Below are positions 51,101 to 61,769 of a DNA stretch of 64,000 bases, one piece after another; positions within the stretch are counted from its first letter, which is position 1, and every line of letters starts with the position of its first letter. The notes beneath the pieces are model-generated. The model searched no databases and had not been told where the DNA came from. It was given only the letters and a program-made list of their open reading frames with translations. Source of the DNA: Balanoglossus misakiensis (taxonomy: Eukaryota > Animalia > Hemichordata); the NCBI GenBank assembly GCA_040954595.2, contig CM082592.2:2483462-2547461 (forward strand), in the 5' to 3' direction. Position numbers and translations under genes: made by a program.

Positions 51101-54100
51101 AAAGCTGCACCTGTACAACGTGCTGAGTCTAGAGATATGGCACTGTACGACAGAGGTCATCCAAATCACCTTAGGCTGCATTCACAAACACCTCTGGAGG
51201 GGGGGACGGGAGAATTCAATTTTTTTACCGCTAATTTTCACATGCCCCCCGGCCCGTACACAACCCGAAATATTTTCAAATCCCCCCCTTCCGAACTGCC
51301 AAAATTTTGAAATCCCCCCCCCCCACCAATTTTCTTTCACAGAGCAAAACACATCACCTATCTATCTTGTAAAAAAAGAAAAACAGCGCTCCCATGAAAA
51401 GAATTTGAAACTGATGTACCCCCTCACTGAACATTGTTTTTATTTTTAAGTATTTGTATTCTGTGTTGGGAGACATTGTAAACCGAGAATTGAAGGGGGT
51501 GGGATTGTAAGAATATGATGTAAGAAAATTTTATAAAATACAGAGCTCAAAGCTGCATTTTAATGAACCTGGCAAAAGTAAATTAACTCAACTACCGATA
51601 TGTTGGGGAGGACAAATTTAACCGTCGCCGCTCAAAGTTATCATGGGGTGGGGGCAAATCCCCTGACCTGGGACACTAGATAAACTAGTCAATGATTGAA
51701 AGGTGCTGATGAATGGAGGGGGTGGGTGTCCCCCTCCCACATTAGAAAATTTTGTAAAATAAAGGGCGCGAAACTGCATTTTTGTGGACTCAAAATAAAT
51801 ATTTAGTCGTCAAAGTTTTCAAGTCCCCCCCTTTCAGTCCCTAAATTATTTCAAACCCCCCCTTCCATACCTTCAATTTTTTCAAATCCCCCCCCCCTCA
51901 ATTCTCCTGCCCCTCCATCACCTTACAATAGTGTTATAGCGCCCTCACACAAAACTTTGTGGAAACATTCATATGCTGTAGTGGTCTGGACAAACTTCTT
52001 GTTATCCACTTATGTGGGAATTAGTTTTATGATGTACAGAAAACAAGACATACAAAGACGTTGTTAGGAAGAGAAAAATTTAGACTTTTTAGGCAGTTCT
52101 AACATATGTAATGCTTCAAGTAAAACTTGACACCACTTATTGATTTTTTGCACACTCAGCATTGTCCACAAGATTTTAGACCATCTTATTGAAAAAAGTT
52201 GCATAGGAACACCCAATTTCTCTTTATTATTGTTTTAAAAATTAATTGATTCACATTTATTTAAAAAAACAAGAAAATTACAATATTTTAAAATATGTAA
52301 AATTAAGTATGTGGTGGCCATCTTGGGTAAAACCTTAATAATTACACATTTCCAGTTGTCAGATATTGGTAGACTTTTAATATGTTATTAAATAATGAGA
52401 TTCAATACTACACAAAACCGTTGAGAAACTTTTTGTTGCATTTTTTTTACGGTAAGGTCCTTTTATTTCGTAAGTGCAGCCGACTATTCATCATTTATGA
52501 AATCCACTGTCCAATATGAAATTCTCTCTCTCTGCCATTCTATCAGTGGGTGCCACTGACTCAACAAACTCACTTGTGACTCAAGAAAGTCACAGTATAC
52601 TTTTAATACAATGCTGAAACTGGTTACTTGAAATGTAAAATGTAAACAGTTGCTAACTTACCAATGCAAGTTGTATTAATGCAAATTTTCGTCTGGATGT
52701 TTTCATCACCTGTACAATTCAGGCCAAATTCTGGAGGTGGTGGGCTGTCACACATGCGAATCCTGCTATGAAATGCAAGACCACATGTCACTGGGCAGTC
52801 TGGCCAGGCACTCCACTCTCCCCAAGAGCCACTTACTAAAAAAAGAAGAAATTCTGTAGTAAATGTGGATTTGTGCATCACATCACATCACATCACATCA
52901 CATCACATCACATCACATCAACAGAGCCAGTTGCAGTTATGGATCCAACAGCCAGGGTCTACCTTTGGCCAATTAACAAGCTGAGGGTTTCTCAGCCAAT
53001 CAGGGTATTTTTCCAACCCTCACTCATGGTTTTTCACAGACTGAGAGTCGTACAACTTTTCGCCTACGGCTCGAAGTTGCACAGCTCCCCGAAAACCACT
53101 TGTATACAATGACGTCAAACAAAGAAAAATATCATGGGATTTTATGTACTGGTAAGTACCGGTATATGCCAAATTGGCAGAAAAAGTTTCCTGTGGTCTT
53201 TTGCATTTGGCATGCCAGGTAACTTTAATTTTACTACATTGAACCCTACTTATTCAACAGGAAAGCCAGTCTGTAGTGTACCATGTACATTTCTTTGAAT
53301 AATGATGATGTGCACTACCTAAATTACTAATTATGCAAACAGCTCCATAAAATTATGTAAGTTAAACCTACCAACAAAGCTTTGATCAAATCTAAGTTAA
53401 ATCATGACCACCTGTATACTATACCGGTACATGTGAAAATTGCCTGAGAACTGTTTTATGCTGAGGATTTTACAGAGAAAGAATAATCTTGTGACAGATG
53501 AGACATGAGTAACCGACACATCAGAAAGCACGAAACAGACCCATACTGTAGGTTAACCAGTCCATGCACACACTCCAAAATGACTGACGGTGCTATACAA
53601 CCTATCAGTACTCACCTTGTTGACAATGGCCAATGCCAGATGAATCACCCCATCCTTGAGCACATTCAGTTTCGTTAATACAGGTAGCTTTTACTCTGTG
53701 ACAAGGTTTATTGTCTTTACAGTGACATTTCCAAATACATAACATACCCCAAAATCCATCCTCACAATGGTCAGGAACTGTAATGTAAAGGAAAGATATT
53801 GTGATATATCCCATTGATAAAATGTAATAACACTAAATAATATTGAGTCTTATATAGTGCACGTATATCCACAATTGTGCTCAAGGCGCTTTACAACAAT
53901 TATTACCCCTGGTCATTGGACCTTACTTAAATCCATTCAGCTCCTTGGGGAGCAAACAACAGCTCACATGCATGTGCAGCCATAAGCGCAGCAGAGCTAA
54001 ACACACACAATTTGCAATCTCTGTCCTACCAGGTACCCATAACTCCTAGGTGGGGAGACGCAATTAGAAGTAAAGTGCCTTGCTCAAGGACACAACACCA

Positions 54101-57100
54101 CAAGCCATGACGGGGCTCGAACCCACGATCCTACGATCACGAGTCTGATGCTCTAACCATTGGTCTGGACTATGATGCCTCCATCAAAAATATTGCTATC
54201 AGGTAAAAGAAATCTAACAGACTTTTCATATATTACATTATCATTGAAGTATACATGTACATAACAAACATTACTGCAGATATGTGCTTTCATAATTTAT
54301 GACAGTCTTCCACACATCCAACACTGGTTTCTGGAAAATAAAACGTCTGTTGCCAAAACTGGCAAAAAATATCCATACACAATACATACTGCATATTTTG
54401 TCCCAATTTCTACAAAAACTGGATGCGCATGTCCATGCAATGTACATTCTGAGGAAGGTCCAAACTAAATTTTAAAGAAAGTGGACAAGTTCCTCAAAAT
54501 TTGAACACCTTAAAAACAATCATACTGGTGTTTCATACAGGAACAAATTAAGTTAAAGTCACACTGTAGCTTAATTAGACTTAAAAATATCCATTTAAAG
54601 CTCCGCTAAGCTAATCATCTACATTTACATTTCAAAGTATCTCATCTCCGATTTCTTGGGGTTTTCCGTCAGAAAGTGTCAGTGATAATGATTTATTTTA
54701 CCATTCATTTTACAACTTCTATCTGCATCCATCAAAGTCCACAGAGAAAATAACAAGCCTGCAGTAGACTTACGCCCCTCATCCAAGAAGAGATTACTAT
54801 GGGATAGAACTTGCAAAACTTACCTTGACAATTGACACCTGACCATCCATTTTCACATGGGTCATTATCGGGACATGAACCAGTCATTCTGTCACAAACA
54901 CCAGAAGAACAATGACAACTTTGGTCACAGTCGTTTCCATACCATCCTGTTGGGCACTCTGTCAAAGAAATATCAAAATAATATCATCATCTCTTTCATA
55001 AACTCACACAATTCACCCATGGCACGTTTGTGGCCATTGTTGTAAGAAAGACCAAGCGCCATTCTTGACCGCCGAATTTCCCCATGCTGCAGGCAACCAC
55101 GCTGCCAGTTTCACCTTGGGGCCGGGGCTGATCCATGTCTCGTCCGAGTTAGGTTACCGCACGTACATCACTTGCATCCTGCTACAGCATATAAGTATAT
55201 GCGTACGCGTAAATGTGTACAGGGCGCCTGACTGGCCAACCTTGACAAGGTGCCCCAGATAGCCTTGCCCGTTCTGTTATCTTTCAATGGATTTTTGGGG
55301 GGCGCATGTCACACAACTGTGACAAAATATTTGCATGTACACATAACATTGTAGTTTTGCATGAAAACACAAGAAATAGTCGTGAACGCGAGCCCTGTCA
55401 GGTAAATACTAAATAGATGAACAACAGATTTGGATAAAATAGTAAAATTTGGTTTATTAATAATCAAACAATCAAACAACATGCTACCTGATCCCTGAAG
55501 TTGCAGTGCAGCTTGGCATTCGATTTATGACTTCCAACTCAGGGTTTAATAAGTGAATTAAGCAATAGCTTACCAGTTAAACAGTCCATTCCTGTAAATC
55601 CTGAAGCACAACTGCATCCATAAGGATTGTGATGACACAAAGTAGAACCAGGACAACCATCTTCTGCAGTTCCAGGACAATAAACAACACATCTCTTTCC
55701 CATAGTGTGCATCTCACAAGCTTGAATTGCAAAGATAAACATACAATTATATAAATGACTGGTACCAGCTATAGTTCTGTAGTGCACATTATACACATGA
55801 TGACTGACAATGAGGGCAACAGTGTATTTTGATGACAGAGGGCGCTGCTAGTCACAACTAAAACAGTCTTGTTTTCCCGGGGGCATAGCCCGAGGGAAAA
55901 CAGACTGTTTTGGTGTGACTGGCAGTCCCGAGGTCATTAAAAATACACTGTTGCCCAAATATGTCAGTCATCATGTGTTTTGTAACACACCAAACATGAC
56001 ACACACCATATCCAGGCAACAGTATTGGGCAGAAACCGATCGAACTGATGCCCTAGGGAACAGTTCGAAATGACTAAGGTCACATGACGGCGTATTGACG
56101 AATCACGATTGACGTTTCGCTGCTTTGTGTGCTATAATAAACACTGTGCTATAAATGAACATATTCAAGCAAAACTGCCAGACAGGCTTTCATGAATCAA
56201 TCAAAAGATACTCACTATTCTCGCACTGAAGACCGACAAATTGAGGAGGGCACAAGCATTCTCCATCCTCAGAAAGACAGATTCCACCATTGTAACAGGT
56301 TTGACATTCATTCAGACATTCAGGTGGTCCCCATTTTCCATTTGGACATCCTGCAGAAATAAGTAAATGAGGAATAATTACATTAAAATACTTGTTAATG
56401 ATACACTCCCTGTAAGATCAACCCTATTTTGAATTTGTTGACATCCTTATGTCCATGTACGCATACCATGATTGTCGAGTACTCTTTGCAATGGGTGACT
56501 GAATATACTGGCATGTCACCTTTTTATTATATTAAAGGCACGTAAGCTGCAACTGGATAAAAAATCAATGTTTTAAAAAATCTCATATATGCTTTTAATT
56601 ATATCTATTAAATGCTATTTCATGATAATATATCAAGCTCAACACTTATTTATGACAAAATGGCCAAAAATTAAAGAAAAACGAAAATTCCTGAAATTTT
56701 TAAAAAAGTGCAATATTGCAATGAAAAATGAAAATCTGATGTCTCAGTGGTGTACATTTACTTCCATGAGCTCAAGTGGATGAGATCATGTTTTGTTTAT
56801 GAAGTTTCACAACCGGAAATGCGACATTTTCATTGTTTCTTTCATTTTCCCACGGTGGCGGCCATAATCGCTTGCGGCAAAGCTTTATTACTTATCTGGT
56901 TAAAACTTGCATATGCACTCATATTTAGTGTTTATAATGCTTGTGTATAGTTCACTGCCTTCATCTGCATGGACTAATGGTAGTGCAGAGTGAAACAAAA
57001 ATTATGAAAATTATCCCAAAAGTTACAGCTTACGTGCCTTTAATTGCTTAATTATATATTTCAATGTACTGGTATAACCACAATCTGAGGCTGGTAGTAT

Positions 57101-60100
57101 GTTTGCGTCTATCCATGAGTAAAATCATTTAAATAGACCATTCAAAGTGTAAAAGGAAAATCATGAAAATAATGCAAAAATTGGCAGCTATGGGGCTATT
57201 ATCGAATGAGAGGAACATTAGTTGTAACTATTGGTTTTACTTTCAGTATTTTTGTTATGTGTATCACATGCAATTTCTTCATCATTCAGGAATGTGAACA
57301 GGAAACTGCAGTAGATACAGAAAACAACATTACTGGAAAACAGAGCGGAAAAGTTTAAGCTAATGGACCTTTAATAATGATAGTGTATGAAATAGATTTT
57401 CTTCATTTTCACAGTTAGCATCCTGTCTGCAACCATAGGTAAATAAAAATATTTAACTTCTCAGGGTATGGCAAACTACCAATGTGATGTAAAGATGGGT
57501 TGGCTTTTTTACTTGAATCATACTATACTTGGCTGTTACCTGTACTTCTGTGCCCCAACCCCACCAACAAACCACAAAAACGATTCAAGAGCAAAAAAAC
57601 ACCCATAACTGTATCAGATTTTAAAATTAGATTGAGATTGAATAAACAAGCAGTTTTTAATTTTCTTATAACTCTTCCATATGATACGTTTATGGCACAT
57701 GGAACTCATAATACCCGGTAATCACAGTTTAGTTGGTATTACGGTAGACCAGTTCAGATTTTCTGGTAACCAGTACTTGCCTATAATATGTACGATCATA
57801 AAACCATGGAGTCCAAGACTTCTCTGTGTCTCATTGGAATAGCATTCATAAATACCACCATCACTCATCCTTGCAAATGGTATTGTGACATTACTCAGAC
57901 CATCCCACTCTGGTTTGATCACTCCGTTATGGCGCCACTTTAAAGATGACTTTAATATGTGCGGTTCAGGTATCATAGTCAATGTCACAGGTTCTCCCAA
58001 ATTATACCTCATTGTCAGTCTTAATCCTTCTGGTTTTATTTCAGCTACAGGAAAAAACAACAAGATGTTAAAATTAAAGCTGCAAGCAGCATTGGCAGGG
58101 CACAAAGGTAAATTAAGATCATACAGTTGGATGTTTTAAGAAGTTAAGCAGGACTTTAAAGGGACAAAGTCCGTCTTTTTGATGTCAAAATCCATTAAAT
58201 ACTTACTCCAAATCAATAACTTGTACATGTACAATGACCACACACATTGGCCTAAAGAATACTATGTTTTTGCCTTTTGCACTAAGATTGAACTTATGTC
58301 TGGCGCGGTATGTGCGATTTGAATCAGTCGCCATTTTGAACCTAGGTGGCAAGCAATATACAAATCACCGAGTGAAGTCCAACTTGAAACATCAGCATAA
58401 GTCGATTATTTTAGAATTCCATAGAGATGATGTTCCTAACCTTGGTATGATTTTACTGGGACATGTTGTACCGGTAGAACAACTAACAGAATCTGAGTAC
58501 ATGTATAGGCATACACAATTCACGCTGTGTCTTCTTGGGAAACTGCTATCAATATATTTGCGCGCACACACGACGATAGTAGAACCTGGACCAGGAACTT
58601 GCTACCCGACCGTGTCGTGTTTCAATTGCCAAGAAGCATATTATTTTGATGACATTCTAATTTTGAATTTCCGAGAAAATGTTTTATCTGACCTGTAGAT
58701 TTCTAGGCGTGCCTACATTTCTGTGCTGATGCAGTGAGTTGTGGGTGACCACGGTTACGTTTACCAGACACGTGAGCTCAAGCTCAATTAATAACTACAA
58801 TTCCTGTTATGTCACCTCCTTGAATACTAAATAAGTTTGGCACAACACTAGCAAACCCATGTGCAAAGATTGTAAAGAAATTACCATACCTTCAGCAATC
58901 ATTACGATTATTGTCAACGTTTTTACACGTCTAATGATGCGTCTAAAACTAATATGTACATCAGGGGACACATTGTAAGCACCAGCTTTCAAAGATCCTG
59001 TTGGTAATGTGACTTCCATCGAAATCATAGAAACTCCTGATACACGCTTTCCTTCTGGTAATCCATGTCCTGTACCTACATCCACCGGTCTTCCAATTCT
59101 TAACCTCATCTTTTTTGGAAATCTTAGTGCACCCAGCGCATAATTATTGTCGGATATATATGAATACAATCGAACTTTTGATGACATCTGTGGAATTGAC
59201 GCATTTACCATTACAGAATAATCCCACCAAAGACCTACAAAAAGAAAGAAGATCAAACAGTTAATGTTAACAATGTACGCGCAGAACATATAACCAGAAA
59301 ATTGCGCGCACTCGTCTGTTTCCCATAGGATTACATTGATAATTGCTAGAAAACAAACTTCTATTATTGTCATTTTCACAAAATTTTACACGTAGCTAAG
59401 TACAGTAAATATAAATTCATTGGTCAAATAAAATCATGTGGTCAACGCACTCTATTTTGAGATAAATTTCGTTAAAATATTTGCCCATAGACAAACCATT
59501 GGTGAACAATTCTTTACTATCAATCACGTGATCTGGCAATGCGTCCCATGGCGCAGTCATTTCCAGATGACGGGCAAGCAATATTTCGGCATCCAGTAAA
59601 AGTTTTTCCGAGTATGTTTTTACTTTAGAACCGCCAAACACATAACATGTATCGGGTATGGTGCCTCATCAGCCTCATTGCATTTCGTCTAGCGTACGCA
59701 GTCTTTATCTGCACCACTTTGCTAAAGTTGCCCATCATCTGGAAATTGGAATGCGAACGTAACTGCCACCTGAACGCGTCTGACGTCATTTGATAGCGAA
59801 GAATGCTGAGTCAGCAGTTTTCTTCTATTATCGACTAAAATCATGGCCCTGTATTTCAAAAACAAGCATGGTGATCCCTATATTTTATCATGGATTTTCA
59901 TTATACAGACACAAGATAATCCAAAAACCAACAATAAAAAGAAATGACAATACTTTCAATTTTTGACAAACGTACATCCTTAAAGGGACAAAGTCATTCT
60001 TGCTTGTGACCAAATTTTGATCAATACATGTAGTGTTTGATACAAAAAGTTGTCAATGCTGTTGGACTTCTTGAAACATAACAAAGCCCCCATAACTCCC

Positions 60101-61059
60101 CAACTTTGGTACAAAAAAATGTTTTAGTTGATAAAGTGTTGAATGACAATTGAATGACATAATATCAAAAAATGGTTTTTTTAACCCAAAACGCCACCAT
60201 TTCCGGGGGTCAATAAAATGTACACGGCCTCGTGTAACACTCAGACCTGTAGAGCTAACGCTGGCCATGTTCGTTAGGGATATAAATGTAAGCCTATTTC
60301 TCATCAAGACGCCTAGCGTAACCTAGGTGGGTTGGGTCGCGGGGCTTGCGCTTGTTTTGTGGTGCAGTTTGGCGCCAAACTGCACCACAGAATAGAAGCG
60401 CACGTACGTAGCTACGATTATTGTGGCAGCTGCAAGACGCCCAATTTTGCATTACATTTGAACAGCAAAGAATGAAAGATCGCTTGCATTTTGTACAGCT
60501 CACCCCAACCCTCAGTCCCCCCCCCCCCGCAAAAAATGATGCATCCCTTTCTCCACAGGCGGCACCGAAGTTAGTGGGCTTCTCTGCAGTCCGCCCACAG
60601 TTGAGTGCTATGTCGCACGGTCAGCGGGGCCGGTAAAAAAAAGCTCATTTCAGTCTCCGGATATCTTTACTGTTTTTGAGTTACCGTGACAATAAAAATG
60701 CATCAAACCCGCACTCTAATAAATAACATCAAAAGAACACCAAACAGCCGACACCGGAGGCCAAAAAAATTCAGTCATTTTTTTTTGCAGACGATCACTT
60801 TGAATGAAAGTAACCTTTGTCGTCCACTTCCGAGTAAAACTAAAAGGCGCGAAGCCTCAGTGAGCACAGGAATCGAATGTATCTCTCACAGTCGTTTGAA
60901 ATAACAAGAAGCTCCACATGTAAGATCTAGCAAATCAACATAGTTTAGAGTACAATTAATGAACTTACAGTAACTTGGTTCGGGACTCGTGGCTAACCAT
61001 ATTATGGTCACAATTAACCACCAGGAAAGCACTCCTGATAATCGAAGTCGAGATTCCAT
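31967..61059 (-). CDS. Polycystin-1 family (PKD1L/REJ-type) receptor-channel with Tie-like Ig-Ig-EGF ectodomain, TSP1, PKD, REJ, GAIN/GPS, PLAT and 11 TM; ~2640 aa
   Basis: 25 phase-consistent exons totalling 7923 nt: 60969-61059, 58890-59234, 57781-58044, 56216-56350, 55574-55720, 54824-54958, 53616-53777, 52662-52835, 49175-49882, 48295-48444, 47510-47702, 46541-46788, 45968-46204, 45134-45279, 43808-44017, 42939-43064, 42418-42609, 40168-40422, 39447-39995, 38840-39139, 37418-37701, 35631-36886, 34738-35012, 34028-34175, 31967-33159. Motifs: PKD (IDFGDDS, HSYSESGTY), REJ (DASESKDPD), GPS (CMYWN...WQTTGC...CNCNHL|SLFG), PLAT (YHVTVFTG...GTTSNV...WYDNSG..PSW), FTRFQRLACC, RLRQVR and TRAVFVEFTLHN. 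Confidence 0.88.
37793..38261. mobile_element. non-autonomous hairpin element (Crypton-like architecture)
   Basis: Perfect 38-bp stem (37862-37899/37903-37940) with a GCA loop inside a ~190-bp imperfect hairpin. It is followed by the inverted pair TTATAATAAACCTCATGCTAA / TTAGCATGAGGTATATTATAA. The class assignment is an inference. Confidence 0.6.
40482..40741. mobile_element. 260-bp foldback element/MITE with ~80-bp inverted arms
   Basis: GATGTAACTAGTATGCCCTTGAAGTCACTCACATAAACTGA...GAAGGCAGGG pairs with CCCTGCCTTC...TCAGTTTATGTGAGTGACTTCAAGGGCATGCTAGTTACATC. Confidence 0.8.
43134..43627. mobile_element. MITE with ~40-bp imperfect TIRs
   Basis: TCAAGAGGGCGCCATCAATGACC...CTTTTCAGAGACA versus TGTCTCTGAAAAG...GGTCATTGACGGTGCCCTCTTGA. 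Confidence 0.72.
44514..44817. mobile_element. TTAA-flanked (Kolobok-like) non-autonomous element
   Basis: TTAA|ACCCTCTAGAGCTGCCA...TGGCAGCTCTGGAGGCT|TTAA; second copy at 23312. Confidence 0.7.
47114..47329. mobile_element. TA-flanked MITE (Tc1/mariner-type)
   Basis: TA|CTGTAAAACACTTTATTTTCGCGA...TCGCGAAAATAAAGTGTTTTACAG|TA, with internal TTTTCGCG repeats. Confidence 0.85.
47760..47939. mobile_element. Kolobok-like MITE, copy B (inverted relative to copy A)
   Basis: Reverse-complement match to 48533-48717; ends GTGACCGTATACCT|TTAA. Confidence 0.8.
48533..48717. mobile_element. Kolobok-like MITE, copy A
   Basis: TTAA|AGGTATACGGTCACC...GGTGACTGTATACCT|TTAA. Confidence 0.85.
51174..51916. mobile_element. 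second copy of the 29637 MITE, right TIR truncated
   Basis: Colinear with 29637-30365; lacks the outer right TIR. Confidence 0.85.
52662..52835 (-). CDS. thrombospondin type-1 repeat exon
   Basis: GSWGEWSAWPDCPVTCGLAFHSRIRMCDSPPP..GLNCTG; phase 1-1 exon. Confidence 0.92.
52876..52920. repeat. (CATCA)n pentanucleotide microsatellite
   Basis: Direct reading. Confidence 0.95.
53616..59234 (-). CDS. Tie1/Tie2-like ectodomain module (Ig1, Ig2, EGF1-3 plus a fourth EGF-like repeat) at the N-terminus of the polycystin
   Basis: EGF1 CPNGKWGPPECLNECQTCYNGGICLSEDGECLCPPQFVGLQCE and EGF2 ACEMHTMGKRC...LCHHNPYGCSCASGFTGMDC closely follow Tie2 as recalled (KWGPEC...CMNNGVC...GECICPPGFMGRTCE; ACELHTFG...PDPYGCSCATG). 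Ig2 ends in DGGIYEC; Ig1 has IGR and GAY. Confidence 0.85.
53826..54182 (-). mobile_element. tRNA-derived SINE
   Basis: On the minus strand: tRNA-like head (TGGTTAGAGC, B-box GGTTCGAGCC), central GTTGTGTCCTTGAGCAAGGCACTT segment, and a LINE2-like tail (AAGCGCCTTGAGCAC...GCACTATATAAG...TATTATT). Confidence 0.8.
55791..56139. mobile_element. second hairpin element with the same architecture as 37793-38261
   Basis: Imperfect ~185-bp hairpin 55793-55978, followed by a TTGTAACACAC / GTGTGCTATAA inverted pair. Confidence 0.55.
56536..57039. mobile_element. Kolobok-like non-autonomous DNA transposon
   Basis: TTAA|AGGCACGTAAGCTGCAACT...AGTTACAGCTTACGTGCCT|TTAA. Confidence 0.82.
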
Positions 61060-61165
61060 GCCAGTTAGATGCACTGTCTGCAGTCGTCGTCAACAAAATC
61101 GGTAGTGAGCCATAGTTTCTGTCGAACAGTTCTTGTTAACGTGGGTTGTGTTGATTTCTTGTTCT

Positions 61166-61200
61166 ACTGTCCACGACTGACTGAGTATCCTCGTTTTATA
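61166..61200 (-). promoter_or_regulatory. candidate TATA box/initiator for the polycystin gene
   Basis: TATAAAA on the minus strand at 61200-61194, with CAGT-type initiator-like motifs 22-32 nt downstream; ~140 nt upstream of the ATG at 61059. Confidence 0.35.
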
Positions 61201-61769
61201 CAACAGGCCGCATAATCGACCATCCCAGTGAAGTTACCGCCTGTATCTGAAGTGAACTATCACAACATCCAGCTGACCTTTCAGAGGGAACGCTGGGTAA
61301 ACGCTACAACTGTTGCCTGGCAACCCCGCAGCGCAGTCCGAGGACAGCGCGGTTGCTACCGACGGAAGAGGGGATAGCCCCGAGAAAGAAGGGATTTCAA
61401 TTCACATTGTCTAACTTTGGGAAATAATTTAAAAACTGAAGATCATACCAATCATGCAATCTGATTAAAATCAGATTAGAGTACGGCGACGTCATATAAT
61501 TATATGATACACGTACATGACGTACATACTCATAAACACCTCTGGATAGGCTAAGGGGAGAATTAACGGGGGGTTTGACAAAATATAAGGAGGGCATGAT
61601 TTGAAATAACTTGGGGACTGAAAGGGGGTCTTGAAATGAAACTTCTTGTCCCTGATTGAGTAAAGAAAGTGCTAAAGATCTATTTTCAAAACTGAAAACT
61701 TTCAAAACTGCAAAAATGGGAGAACAACAATGCACTAACAATATTGCAAGGATCACGGTACACATGTAA

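Noticed and set aside
54100-54182. tRNA gene
   Set aside because: Only A/B-box-like head of a SINE; no complete cloverleaf.
58234-58698. 154-aa plus-strand ORF
   Set aside because: No recognisable motif; lies in intronic sequence that starts with a Kolobok-like transposon end.
52662-61059. Stand-alone Tie receptor tyrosine kinase gene
   Set aside because: No Ig3/FN3 repeats, TM or kinase exons follow; the frame continues into PKD/REJ exons.
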